This document shows positions 23,689 through 33,204 of a stretch of 34,862 nucleotides of DNA, in pieces. Within the stretch, counting starts at the first letter, position 1. Each line of letters opens with the position of its first letter. The position numbers were made by a program, and so were the translations under genes. Source of the DNA: Christensenellales bacterium (GTDB lineage: Bacteria; Bacillota; Clostridia; Christensenellales; Aristaeellaceae); NCBI GenBank assembly GCA_050945995.1, contig JBMNUA010000001.1, forward strand, positions 1 through 34,862. Direction: 5' to 3'. The notes below the pieces were generated by a model. The model made no database searches. It was given only the letters and a program-made list of their open reading frames with translations, and was not told where the DNA came from.

Positions 23689-24505
23689 GAAACTCCACAA
23701 ACAATTCCTCGCCCGCGCCGCCCAGCCGCCACGCCGTGTCAAACCCCGCCTCGGCGAGGTACCCGGGCAGCATCTCAAACCCAAAGGCGATGTGCGGCGC
23801 GTAGTGGCAGTCCGAACCCGCGATCACGCGCCCGCCGAGTTCATGCCACCGCTTGAGCAGCGGCATCGCGGGGTACGGCGTGTCCATAAATCCGCGCGCC
23901 ATGCCGCCCGTGTTCACCTCGAGCAGCGCGCCGGATGCGTAGATCATCTCGAGCGCTTCAAACGCCGCGTCCAAGCAGATTTTATTCTCCGGATTGTACA
24001 GCCGCCCGCCCTTGTTCTGCTTTTGGATCAAATCAAAATGCGCGAAGATGTCCGGGCGATAATCCAGCGCATATGCGCCCGAAACCCGAAAAAATTCCGC
24101 CGCCATCTTTTCGCCGCTCCCGCCGAAATGCGCGTCGCGAAACGCGGTCAGCGTCTCATACGCCCCGTCCGCCGCGCAGTACGCCTCCCCTTTGAAGATA
24201 TAGTGGCACGCGCCGAGCACATACTCAAAATCCTCGCGCGCGGCGTGCGAATATAGGTCGCGCTCGATGCCGATGTGCAGCCGGATGCGATCCGCATACG
24301 CCTCCCGCAGCGCCCGAAGCTCGCCCAGATATCGGGGCAAATCCTCGTCGCTCATGCAATATTCGCGGTCGAACCGCTGCTGCCCGTGCTCCGAAATCCC
24401 AATCGACACAAAATCCGCGTCGATCGCCGCGCGCACCAGCTCCTCCGCGGTCGATTTCCCGTCCGCATACGGCGTGTGACAATGGGGTGTGGAACGTATT
24501 CGCAT
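23678..24505 (-). CDS. PHP-domain histidinol-phosphatase-family (HisJ-like) hydrolase
   Basis: 275 aa. Motifs include the N-terminal HCHTP..DGK, then SEH and a C-terminal GSD.H. A GGAGGA ribosome-binding site is present. The 3' end converges on and overlaps the MBL gene by 11 nt. Confidence 0.8.
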   Translation of the reverse strand: MRIRSTPHCHTPYADGKSTAEELVRAAIDADFVSIGISEHGQQRFDREYCMSDEDLPRYLGELRALREAYADRIRLHIGIERDLYSHAAREDFEYVLGACHYIFKGEAYCAADGAYETLTAFRDAHFGGSGEKMAAEFFRVSGAYALDYRPDIFAHFDLIQKQNKGGRLYNPENKICLDAAFEALEMIYASGALLEVNTGGMARGFMDTPYPAMPLLKRWHELGGRVIAGSDCHYAPHIAFGFEMLPGYLAEAGFDTAWRLGGAGEELFVEFPIR

Positions 24506-24571
24506 GTTTCATCCTCCAAAAATCTCTCTATCTGTATGGTAGCATGTTCGGCTTCTTTTTTCAATTGGCGA

Positions 24572-24600
24572 TTGACCTTTCCGAAAGATTCCTATATAAT
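24572..24600 (+). promoter_or_regulatory. Sigma-A promoter of the secD operon
   Basis: TTGACC-17 nt-TATAAT, 62 nt upstream of the secD ATG. Confidence 0.6.
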
Positions 24601-24662
24601 AGATTACTGTTATGATAGATGTTTCGTGGCGGCGCGCGTCCACGGGCAGGGAGGAATTCCGG

Positions 24663-25937
24663 ATGAAAGTGAAAAGCTGGGTGAAGCTTGCGGTCATCGT
24701 CGTTCTGATCGCGCTCGTGGCGTCATTGGCGCTCAACGGGCTGCGGTTTGGCGACTATATCAAGAACTCGAAGATCAGCAAGTATGCCATCAAGCCGGTG
24801 GGTGAGGCGATCAGCCTGGGGCTTGATTTGAAGGGCGGCATCTCCACGGTCTATACCGCTCGGGACATGAACGTCGAGGGCTTTGACGACTTGATGGAGA
24901 GCACCATCTCCGTGCTCCGAACGCGGCTGACGAGCGCGGGGTACACCGAGGCGACGGTCGCCCGCCAGGGGGACGACGCCATCCGCGTGGAGATCCCCGA
25001 TGTGGACGACCCGCAGGAGGTCGTCGATATCATCGGCAAGCCCGCGCACCTCGAATTCCGCGACCCTTCGGGCAACGTCATCCTCGAGGGCGCGAACATC
25101 GCCGAGTGCTTTGTCACGCAGGATCAGTATACGCTGATGTATCAGGTCGCCTTTGAACTCGACGCCGCGGGCACGCAGGCGTTCGCGGAAGCGACCGGGC
25201 GGCTGCGCGGTCAGGCGATTTCAATTTATTTGGACGGCGAAGAGATTTCTTCCCCGACCGTCAACGACGCCATCACCGGCGGCACGGGCGTGATCACCTA
25301 TTCCGATGTCACGCAGGAAGAGTCCTGGGAAAAATCGCGGGAGCTCGCGCTTTTGATCCAATCCGGCGCGCTGCCCCTTGACATCGAGGAGTCAGAAACC
25401 CGCGCGATCTCCGCAACCCTCGGTTTCGCCGCCGTTGACGGCGCGATCATCGCGGGTATCTGCGGGCTCATCGCGATCATCCTCTTCATGATCGCGCTGT
25501 ACCGGCTGCCCGGCGTCGCAGCGAGCATCGCGCTTCTCATCTATGTGCTCATCGTGTTTTATGTGCTCGCCATCATCGAAGCCCAGCTCACGCTGCAGGG
25601 CATCGCGGGCATCCTGCTGAGCATCGGTATGGCGGTGGACGCAAACGTCATCATCCTCGAGCGCTTCCGCGAGGAGCGCAAGGCAGGGCGCACGCTCACT
25701 AACGCGCTCAAGTTCGGGTACCGAAACGCCTTCTCCTCCATCATCGACTCGAATGTCACCACCATCATCGCCGCCGTCGTGCTGCTCGTGTTCGGCACGG
25801 GCTCGATCAAGGGCTTTGCGACCACACTGCTCATCGGCGTGTTGACCTCGTTTTTCACCGCGATTTTCATCACCCGCGGCATTTTCAAGCTCATCATCAA
25901 GCTCGGCTATAAAGCCGAGTGGCTGTATAGCCGGTAA
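24663..25937 (+). CDS. secD: Protein translocase subunit SecD
   Basis: 424 aa from the ATG at 24663 (GGGAGGA ribosome-binding site). It has an N-terminal transmembrane segment, LGLDL.GG and a C-terminal 5-TM block with SIGMAVDANV(I/L)I.ER.REE. Confidence 0.9.
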   Translation: MKVKSWVKLAVIVVLIALVASLALNGLRFGDYIKNSKISKYAIKPVGEAISLGLDLKGGISTVYTARDMNVEGFDDLMESTISVLRTRLTSAGYTEATVARQGDDAIRVEIPDVDDPQEVVDIIGKPAHLEFRDPSGNVILEGANIAECFVTQDQYTLMYQVAFELDAAGTQAFAEATGRLRGQAISIYLDGEEISSPTVNDAITGGTGVITYSDVTQEESWEKSRELALLIQSGALPLDIEESETRAISATLGFAAVDGAIIAGICGLIAIILFMIALYRLPGVAASIALLIYVLIVFYVLAIIEAQLTLQGIAGILLSIGMAVDANVIILERFREERKAGRTLTNALKFGYRNAFSSIIDSNVTTIIAAVVLLVFGTGSIKGFATTLLIGVLTSFFTAIFITRGIFKLIIKLGYKAEWLYSR

Positions 25938-25952
25938 AGGAGGATACGGACA

Positions 25953-27224
25953 ATGAACAGGCGTTTTACGGGAAAGACCGGTATCTTCCTCGCCGTCTCA
26001 GGCGTGATCATACTCGTCGCGCTCGTGATGCAGATCCTTGGCTTTGGCATCAACTTGGGCATCGATTTCACCGGCGGCTCGCTGCTCACCTATTCTGTGG
26101 GCGAGAGTTTCGACGTGGCGGATGTGAACCAAATTCTCGATCAGGCGGGCTATTCCAACTACCTCGTCACAAAGACCGAGCCGGCGGACGCGTCCGCGCA
26201 GGACGGCGAGGGCGACGGTCTGACCGACCTTCAGGTGCGGCTCTCGCTGGTCGATGAGACCGAGGGGCTCGAGGACGCGGTCGTCGGCGCGGTGACGGAA
26301 GCTGTCGATGGCGCGAGCCTCGTCAGCTACGGCGCGCTCTCGAACGCGCGCATCAACCGCGAGAAATACGATTCGGCGTTCTCCGGCGGCTACATCGCGG
26401 AATTCGACGTGAACGCGCCGTTTGACGAAGCGGAACTGGGCGATCGCGTTTCCGCGGCGCTTACGAACGCGGGCTTCTCCGTCAAGGCGGTCGAAGCCGT
26501 CCTGGCGGATGCAGACGAAGATGCCGCCGATACGGGTGCACCCTTGCGGCTTCTGATATCCGTTGAAAACCAAACGGGCAAGGTGCGCGAGATGATCGAG
26601 CGCGAGATGTCCGCGAAGTATCCGAACTTCGCGTTCGTCGCCATCGACCATGTCAGCGCGATCGCGGGGCGCGATTTGATCGCCAACGCCGTCAAAGCGC
26701 TGCTCATTGCGTTTGCCTGCATGCTCGTCTACATCGCGATACGGTTTGACTTCTACTCCGGCGTCGTCGCGATGGCTGCGCTCATCCATGATGCGCTCAT
26801 CATGTGCGCGTTCATGGTGTTCTTCCGCAATGTGTTCCAGGCGAACTCCGCGTTCATCGCCGCGCTGTTGACCATCATCGGCTATTCGATCAACAATACC
26901 ATCATCATCTTCGACCGCGTGCGCGAGGTTTCCAAAAAGCCCGGCTACACGCAAGCGCCGAAGATCGATGTGGTCGAATACTCCGTCGGCGTGACGCTCA
27001 GCCGCACGCTCAACACCTCGATCACCACGCTCATCGCGCTCGTATTCCTTTTCATCTTCGGCGTTGACTCCATCCGCGAGTTCATGTTCCCGCTGATCGT
27101 GGGCATGCTCTCTGGCGTGTACGCGTCCGTCTTCCTCAATTCCCAGGTCTGGGCGATGTGGATGGATAGGCGAAGCGCCAACAAACAGGAAAAGGCGGCC
27201 GCGCAAAAGGGAGCAAAGGCGTAG
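25953..27224 (+). CDS. secF: Protein translocase subunit SecF with an enlarged periplasmic domain
   Basis: 423 aa. Motifs include G(I/L)DF.GG near the N-terminus and a C-terminal block with YSINNTI(I/V).FDR(V/I)RE. An AAGGAGGA ribosome-binding site is present. Confidence 0.88.
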   Translation: MNRRFTGKTGIFLAVSGVIILVALVMQILGFGINLGIDFTGGSLLTYSVGESFDVADVNQILDQAGYSNYLVTKTEPADASAQDGEGDGLTDLQVRLSLVDETEGLEDAVVGAVTEAVDGASLVSYGALSNARINREKYDSAFSGGYIAEFDVNAPFDEAELGDRVSAALTNAGFSVKAVEAVLADADEDAADTGAPLRLLISVENQTGKVREMIEREMSAKYPNFAFVAIDHVSAIAGRDLIANAVKALLIAFACMLVYIAIRFDFYSGVVAMAALIHDALIMCAFMVFFRNVFQANSAFIAALLTIIGYSINNTIIIFDRVREVSKKPGYTQAPKIDVVEYSVGVTLSRTLNTSITTLIALVFLFIFGVDSIREFMFPLIVGMLSGVYASVFLNSQVWAMWMDRRSANKQEKAAAQKGAKA

Positions 27225-27241
27225 TAAAATGGTGTGAACAT

Positions 27242-27283
27242 GAATTAGGAATCAAACCGCTTGCGCGGCGAGGTTCCTAATTC
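27242..27283 (+). terminator. Possible terminator or attenuating hairpin after secF
   Basis: GAATTAGGAA...TTCCTAATTC forms a 10-bp stem enclosing a smaller CCGC/GCGG stem. The following T tract is poor (GCATTTA). Confidence 0.35.
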
Positions 27284-27338
27284 GCATTTATGGAACGTGC
27301 TGCGTTTCACTCGACCACGGCGTCACGGAAGAAATCCA

Positions 27339-27431
27339 CGGCGCGCATTACTCAAGCCGAACGCCTCAATGCTCCACCCGCCCGCGCTGCTCCCGGGCAT
27401 CGCGCAGGCTGCGGCGTGACCCGATGCAAAC
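27339..27431 (+). repeat. Degenerate relic copy of an internal segment of the recJ N-terminal coding region
   Basis: 27339-27416 aligns with 27716-27793 (..CTCAAGCCGAACGCCTC.ATGCT.CACCCGCCCGCGCTGCTC.CGGGCATCGCGCAGGCTGCGGCG). It is followed by CCCGATGCAAAC, which resembles the 3' end of the tandem unit. Confidence 0.8.
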
Positions 27432-27667
27432 ACGGAGGAAACCCATGCGGATTTTAAGCGGCGCAGGCTTTGAACTCCCCGCAGGCATGCCCGATACAAC
27501 CACGGAGGAAACCCATGCGAATTTTTAAGCAGCGAGAAGCGCGCGGCACAGACTTTGAACGTCCCACGGGCATGCCCGACGCAACCACGGAGGAAACCCA
27601 TGCGAATCTTTAAACAGCGCACGGCGCGCGGCACAGACTTTGAACGCCCAGCAGGCATGCCCGATGC
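27432..27667 (+). repeat. Three tandem units of the recJ ribosome-binding site, ATG and first ~20 codons. Unit A is 27432-27501, unit B is 27502-27586, and unit C (the authentic start) begins at 27587.
   Basis: Each unit begins ACGGAGGAAACCCATGCG(A/G)AT and ends GCATGCCCGA(T/C)(A/G)C. The ATGs are at 27445, 27515 and 27600. Confidence 0.9.
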
Positions 27668-29924
27668 GCTGCATCGGCTGCTCGTCGCGCGCGGCATCGG
27701 CTCGGTCGAGCAGGCGCGCGCGTTCCTCAAGCCGAACGCCTCGATGCTTCACCCGCCCGCGCTGCTCACGGGCATCGCGCAGGCTGCGGCGCGGCTGCGG
27801 CAGGCGGTCGGGGCGGGGGAGCGCATCTGCATATTCGGCGATTACGATGTGGACGGCGTGAGCGCCTCGGCAATCCTATCGCTCGCGCTCGGTGAAATGG
27901 GCGGCGAGTTCGAGGTATACCTCCCCTCGCGCCATGAGGAGGGCTATGGGCTGAACGAGCCCGCGGTGCGCGAGATCGCCGCGCGCTGCGCGCTTCTCGT
28001 CACGGTCGATTGCGGCATCACTTCCGCGCATCTCGTATCGCTCGCGAAGGATTTGGGACTCGATGTGATCGTGACAGACCACCACCGCCCGGACGCGATT
28101 TTGCCCGATTGCATCGTCGTCAATCCGCTCGTCGGCGATTACCCCGAACCGCAGCTCTGCGGCGCGGGCGTCGCCTTCAAACTCGCGGAGGAACTGCTCG
28201 GGCGCGACGCCGCGATGGCGTACATCGACCTCGCCGCGCTCGCGACCGTCGCGGACATTGTGCCGCTCACGGGCGAGAACCGCGCGATCGTGTCGCTCGG
28301 ATTGGACGCCATGAACAAGCATCCACGGCTCGGGCTCTCCATGCTGCGCGAGGTCGCCGCACTTTCTGAGAAGCCGTACACCGCGGGCATGCTCGGCTTC
28401 CAGATCGGACCGCGATTGAACGCTTCCGGCAGGATCGGCTCGGCGAAGCGCGCGTTCTCTCTTTTGACCACCAACTCGCCGGATGAAGCGCGCGCCCTCG
28501 CGTCCGAATTGAACGAGGAAAACACCGCGCGCAAAAAACTGGAGTCCGAAATCCTCGAGGATGCGCTTGCCCGGCTCACCGATCACGATTTCGTCGCCCG
28601 CCGCGCCATCGTGCTCGCGGGGGAGGACTGGAACAGCGGCGTGATTGGGCTCGCGGCATCGCGGCTCGCCGAGCGGTTCTACTGCCCCGCGATATTGATT
28701 TCACTTTCTGGCGATACGGGCGTCGGCTCGTGCCGCAGCATTCCGGGCGTGGACATCCACGCCGCGCTGTCCGCCGTACAGTCGCACCTCGTTCGATTCG
28801 GCGGGCATAAGCAGGCGGCGGGGCTTACGATTGCGCGCGAAAACATTGATGCGTTTCAAACCGCGCTCGATCAATATTTATCTGAAACCGTGGCCCCCGA
28901 ACAGTACCTCCCCGTCACCGAATACGACATGGACGCGCGCTTTGACGAGCTCGACCCGGTGTTTCTCTCCCTCATGGAATCCTTCGCGCCCACCGGCATG
29001 GGCAACCCCGCGCCGATCCTGCGCACGCGCGCGCAGGTGGTCGATGCGCGCCGGGTGGGGAAGGACGGCGCGCACCTGAGCCTTTCGCTCAACGACGGCA
29101 CGAACCGGCTGCGCGCCATCGCCTTTCGCGAGGGCGCGCGCGCCAGCCGCCTGTCGGGCGATGTCGATGTCCTCCACGCGCCCAAAATCAACCGCTTCGC
29201 AGGGCGCACGAGCGTCGAGCTGGAGGTTAGGGCGATCAAACCCGCCGGCGGCGCGGAATATTTGGCGCATGCCGCCCCGAACGATGCACTTTTTGCAGCA
29301 TTCTTAACAGAGATGCTCTATAATAGAACATATTCGGGCAAATCCGGCGCGCTCATCTCCCAAGACGAACTGTGCCGTATGCTCGCGGATCACCCGCAAG
29401 GCACGCTCATCATCGCCGCGGACGCGAATTGCGCATCCGAATTCTCGGATTTGGACGCCTTCCTCGGCGAATACCCCGACGACCCGCGCGCCTTTAACGC
29501 CGTTTGCCTCATGCCGGCGGGCGAAATCCCGCCCAATTATCGGCAGGTGATCTACGCGGGGATGCCCGCGCCCGACGGCTTCCGCGCGCTCGACTGCCCG
29601 CCCGCCGCGTGGCTCTCCGAGCTGCCCGGCATAGACGAGCTCCGGCGCGCCTACCTCGCCATGAAGCGGCTGCTCTCGCGCCCGCTCGTACGCCATTCGC
29701 TCCCGACTTTGGCGAAATCACTCACCGACGAATGCGCGCTCGGCATATGTTGCGCCATAGCGTGCACGCTCGCGCTCATCGATATGGAGCTGGTCGTGCA
29801 AACGGGCGATCAACGGCTCGCGCTCGGCAAGTTTCGGAAAGTAAACCCCATGGACGCCCCGGTGTTCCGCGCCATCACCGCGCTGAAAACAAAAGGCGGC
29901 ATGGAGGAATCAACGGATATCTAA
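27600..29924 (+). CDS. recJ: Single-stranded-DNA-specific exonuclease RecJ
   Basis: 774 aa from the ATG at 27600. Motifs include L.ARGI......FL.P, I.I.GDYDVDG.(S/T), the DHH motif (VTDHH) and the GGH.QAAG DHHA1 motif. Confidence 0.9.
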   Translation: MRIFKQRTARGTDFERPAGMPDALHRLLVARGIGSVEQARAFLKPNASMLHPPALLTGIAQAAARLRQAVGAGERICIFGDYDVDGVSASAILSLALGEMGGEFEVYLPSRHEEGYGLNEPAVREIAARCALLVTVDCGITSAHLVSLAKDLGLDVIVTDHHRPDAILPDCIVVNPLVGDYPEPQLCGAGVAFKLAEELLGRDAAMAYIDLAALATVADIVPLTGENRAIVSLGLDAMNKHPRLGLSMLREVAALSEKPYTAGMLGFQIGPRLNASGRIGSAKRAFSLLTTNSPDEARALASELNEENTARKKLESEILEDALARLTDHDFVARRAIVLAGEDWNSGVIGLAASRLAERFYCPAILISLSGDTGVGSCRSIPGVDIHAALSAVQSHLVRFGGHKQAAGLTIARENIDAFQTALDQYLSETVAPEQYLPVTEYDMDARFDELDPVFLSLMESFAPTGMGNPAPILRTRAQVVDARRVGKDGAHLSLSLNDGTNRLRAIAFREGARASRLSGDVDVLHAPKINRFAGRTSVELEVRAIKPAGGAEYLAHAAPNDALFAAFLTEMLYNRTYSGKSGALISQDELCRMLADHPQGTLIIAADANCASEFSDLDAFLGEYPDDPRAFNAVCLMPAGEIPPNYRQVIYAGMPAPDGFRALDCPPAAWLSELPGIDELRRAYLAMKRLLSRPLVRHSLPTLAKSLTDECALGICCAIACTLALIDMELVVQTGDQRLALGKFRKVNPMDAPVFRAITALKTKGGMEESTDI

Positions 29925-29944
29925 CGGTAAAGGAGGTGTGGCGC

Positions 29945-32155
29945 ATGAACCAACCCGCAACCGAACACCATGCGTATCTCTCGGCGGACGAACTGATCGA
30001 GCGAATCCGCAGATACCATCCCGACGACGATATGGATCTCGTGCGCCGCGCCTACACCTTCGGCGAACAGGCGCACGCCGGCAAGCTGCGCCTCTCGGGC
30101 GAGCCGTATTTCACGCACCCCGTCTCCGTCGCGGTGATATTGACCGATCTCATGCTCGATGCGACCACCGTCGCGGCAGGGCTTCTTCACGACTGCGTTG
30201 AGGACGTCGAGGGCATGACCATCCAAATGATCGGCGACATGTACGGTCCGGAGGTCGAACTGCTCGTGGACGGCGTCACCAAACTACGGCACCTCGATTT
30301 TACCTCCCGCGAGGAGGCGCAGGCGGAAACCCTGCGCAAAATGTTCCTCGCCATGGCAAAGGACATCCGCGTGGTGCTGATCAAGCTCGCCGACCGCCTG
30401 CACAACATGCGCACTCTCAAATCCCAGCGTCCGGAGCGCCAAGTGCCCATCGCGCGCGAAACGCTCGATATCTACGCGCCGCTCGCGCACCGCCTGGGCG
30501 TCTACACCATCAAGTGGGAGCTTGAAGACCTCGCCCTTCGCTACATCGACCCCAAGGGCTACTACGACCTTGTGCAAAAGGTCGGCATGAAGCGTGTCGA
30601 GCGCGAAAAACTCATCGCGCAGGTCACCCAGCAGCTCAAAGAACAGCTGCGCCTTGCCGGCATACAGTGTGAGATCGACGGTCGCCCCAAGCATTTTTAT
30701 GCCATCTACCATAAGATGACCTCGCAAAATAAAACCTTCGATCAGATCACCGATCTGATCGCCGTTCGCGTCATCGTCAATACCCAGCAGGATTGCTACT
30801 ATGCCCTCGGCGTGGTGCACACCCTCTGGCCGCAGGTGCCCGGCAGGTTCAAGGATTACATCTCCATGCCCAAGGCGAACATGTACCAGTCGCTACACAC
30901 CACCGTCGTCAACGCCGGCAAGCCCTTCGAGGTGCAAATTCGCACCTTCGACATGCACCGCACCGCGGAGTACGGCATCGCCGCGCATTGGCGCTATAAA
31001 GAGGGCAAGCAGGCGGATGCGCTCGACGAAAAGCTCGCCTGGCTGCGCCGCATCCTCGATTGGCAGAAGGAGACCAGCGACGCCAGCGACTTTGGCGAAA
31101 TGCTCAAGTTTGACCTCTTCGCCGACGAGGTCTTCGTGTTCACGCCCAAGGGCGATGTCATATCGCTCCCACGCGGCGCAACGCCGCTTGATTTCGCGTA
31201 CCGCATCCACTCCGCGGTCGGCAACCGCTGCATCGGCGCGAAGGTGAACGGGCGCATCGTCCCGCTCTCCTCGCAGCTCAACACCGGCGATTTTGTCGAG
31301 GTGATGACCTCGCAATCCTCCCACGGTCCCTCGCGCGATTGGCTCAACATCGTCAAAACCAGCGAGGCGAAGGCAAAAATCCGCGCGTGGCTAAAACGCG
31401 TCAATAAAGAGGAAAACATCATAAAGGGCAAGGAGATGCTCGAGTACGAGGCGAAACGGCTCGGCTTCGCGCTCTCCCAGCTCGTCAAAAACGAGTATAC
31501 CGAGGTGCTCTTCAAACGCTACTCCTACCAGTCGATGGACGATGTCTACGCCGCGATCGGCTTTGGCGGGCTGAGCACCATGCAGGTCGTCAACCGGCTC
31601 GTTGAGGAGTATCGAAAGGATCATAAGTCCGAGCTGCCCGAGCCGAAGCTGCCGACCGTCGAGGAACACGCCGAGGCGAAAAAACGCCAGCAGACGGGCA
31701 CCTCCAAGGGCGTCACCGTGAAGGGCGAAGCGGGCATGCTCGTGCGCTTCGCGCATTGCTGCACCCCGCTTCCGGGCGATCGTATCATCGGCTACATCAC
31801 GCGCGGGCGCGGCGTCTCCGTCCATAAGGAGGACTGTAAGAGCCTGAAAGACCCGGGCGTCGAAAAGGAGCGGCTCATCCAAGTCGAATGGGAGATGGAG
31901 GCCTCCGCGGCGTATGACGCGTACATCCGCATCAGCGCCGTCAACCGCAGCGGTCTGCTCGCGGAGCTGTCGTTGTACTTTGCGTCCGTCGATGTCAACG
32001 TGCAGGCGATCACCGCCCATCCCTCCAAAACGCAGATCGGCATGTCCATCATCAACCTGACCATCACCATCAAAAACACCCAGCAGCTCGAAAAGATCAT
32101 CCGCGATTTGAAGAGCAAACCGGATATCGACGAGGTCTACCGGGTGGCACAGTGA
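29945..32155 (+). CDS. relA: Bifunctional (p)ppGpp synthetase/hydrolase, RelA/SpoT (Rel) family
   Basis: 736 aa from the ATG at 29945 (AAGGAGG ribosome-binding site). It has an HD domain (HP..VA.IL, LHD..ED), a synthetase domain (DL.A.R(V/I)I, YQSLHT), plus TGS and a C-terminal ACT domain. The ORF-track N-terminal extension overlaps recJ. Confidence 0.93.
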   Translation: MNQPATEHHAYLSADELIERIRRYHPDDDMDLVRRAYTFGEQAHAGKLRLSGEPYFTHPVSVAVILTDLMLDATTVAAGLLHDCVEDVEGMTIQMIGDMYGPEVELLVDGVTKLRHLDFTSREEAQAETLRKMFLAMAKDIRVVLIKLADRLHNMRTLKSQRPERQVPIARETLDIYAPLAHRLGVYTIKWELEDLALRYIDPKGYYDLVQKVGMKRVEREKLIAQVTQQLKEQLRLAGIQCEIDGRPKHFYAIYHKMTSQNKTFDQITDLIAVRVIVNTQQDCYYALGVVHTLWPQVPGRFKDYISMPKANMYQSLHTTVVNAGKPFEVQIRTFDMHRTAEYGIAAHWRYKEGKQADALDEKLAWLRRILDWQKETSDASDFGEMLKFDLFADEVFVFTPKGDVISLPRGATPLDFAYRIHSAVGNRCIGAKVNGRIVPLSSQLNTGDFVEVMTSQSSHGPSRDWLNIVKTSEAKAKIRAWLKRVNKEENIIKGKEMLEYEAKRLGFALSQLVKNEYTEVLFKRYSYQSMDDVYAAIGFGGLSTMQVVNRLVEEYRKDHKSELPEPKLPTVEEHAEAKKRQQTGTSKGVTVKGEAGMLVRFAHCCTPLPGDRIIGYITRGRGVSVHKEDCKSLKDPGVEKERLIQVEWEMEASAAYDAYIRISAVNRSGLLAELSLYFASVDVNVQAITAHPSKTQIGMSIINLTITIKNTQQLEKIIRDLKSKPDIDEVYRVAQ

Positions 32156-32162
32156 GGAACGT

Positions 32163-32612
32163 ATGCGAATTGTAGTACAAAAGGTGACAAGCGCGTCCGT
32201 GCGCGTGGAAGAGGAACTCGTCAGCGAAATCGGCGCGGGGCTTCTCGTGCTCGTGGGCGCGGAGGAGAACGATACCGACGAGGATATGCGCTTCATCGCC
32301 GGGAAGATCGCCGGCATGCGCATCTTCGAGGACGCGGACGACAAACTCAATTTGTGTGTCAAGGACGTGGGCGGCGAGGTGCTGCTCGTCTCGCAGTTCA
32401 CGCTGCTGGGCGACGCGCGCCGCGGGCGCAGACCCAGCTTCTCCCACGCCGCGCCGCCGGAGATCGCCGAACCCATGCTCACCGCGCTCCAAAACGCGCT
32501 CATCGATGCGGGGATCCCCACAAAGACCGGGCGCTTTCGCGCGCACATGCAGGTTCAGCTCGTAAACGACGGGCCTGTCACCATATTGCTCGACAGCAGA
32601 AAGCTGTTTTAG
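32163..32612 (+). CDS. dtd: D-aminoacyl-tRNA deacylase
   Basis: 149 aa. Motifs include MR.V.Q(K/R)V..A.V, (V/I)SQFTL and the C-terminal NDGPVT(I/L)..D. Confidence 0.93.
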   Translation: MRIVVQKVTSASVRVEEELVSEIGAGLLVLVGAEENDTDEDMRFIAGKIAGMRIFEDADDKLNLCVKDVGGEVLLVSQFTLLGDARRGRRPSFSHAAPPEIAEPMLTALQNALIDAGIPTKTGRFRAHMQVQLVNDGPVTILLDSRKLF

Positions 32613-32622
32613 GAGAATTGTT

Positions 32623-33204
32623 ATGCTAGAGATACAAACGATCGTCTGCGGCGCGTATCAGGAAAACGCCTACCTCGTAGGTGGCGATTTGCTGATCGAC
32701 CCCGGCGATGATTTAGAAAAACTCGTCGCAGCGGTGAAAGCGCCGCGCGCGATCCTGCTCACACACGGTCATTTCGATCACATGCTCGCGGCAGAGCCGC
32801 TGCAGGAGAAATTTGGGATCGATGTCTACATCCACCCGTCGGACGCGCAGTCCCTGTCTGACGTCGCGCACTCCATGTACGACCCCGCGGTCGCGTCGCT
32901 GCCCGCGCCGTCCGCCGTCCGCCACCTGGTATACGGCGATCGGTTCGAGAATTTTCAAGTGCTCCACACGCCGGGACACAGCCCCGGCTCGATCAGCCTG
33001 TACGACGAAGCGGCGGGCGTGCTGTTCTCGGGCGACACGCTGTTTCGCGCGGGCTTTGGCAGAACCGACCTCGCGGGCGGCAGCATGTTGCAATTGCGCG
33101 CGTCGCTGCGCACGCTGTTTGCGCTCCCGCCGGAAACCCGCGTCTATCCCGGGCATGGCGATGCCACGACCATCGGCGAGGAGCGCGCGAGGTACGGATG
33201 GTGA
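32623..33204 (+). CDS. MBL-fold metallo-hydrolase (glyoxalase II-like)
   Basis: 193 aa. Motifs include THGHFDH, HTPGHSPGS, SGD.LF and PGHG. Confidence 0.8.
   Translation: MLEIQTIVCGAYQENAYLVGGDLLIDPGDDLEKLVAAVKAPRAILLTHGHFDHMLAAEPLQEKFGIDVYIHPSDAQSLSDVAHSMYDPAVASLPAPSAVRHLVYGDRFENFQVLHTPGHSPGSISLYDEAAGVLFSGDTLFRAGFGRTDLAGGSMLQLRASLRTLFALPPETRVYPGHGDATTIGEERARYGW

Noticed and set aside
25998-27206. 402-aa minus-strand ORF
   Set aside because: It is an antisense shadow of secF, with Arg/Asp/His/Glu-rich low-complexity sequence.
27432-27667. Possible CRISPR array or other spaced-repeat locus, because of the ~70-85 bp periodicity
   Set aside because: The units are contiguous with no unique spacers, and there are only three. 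They are plainly homologous to the recJ start region (ribosome-binding site, ATG and N-terminal codons). This is a tandem duplication, not a CRISPR array.
29504-29944. 147-aa N-terminal extension of the relA ORF in the ORF track
   Set aside because: It lies inside the recJ coding region in another frame and is Arg/Ala-rich. The genuine relA start at 29945 has an AAGGAGG ribosome-binding site and the conserved Rel N-terminus.
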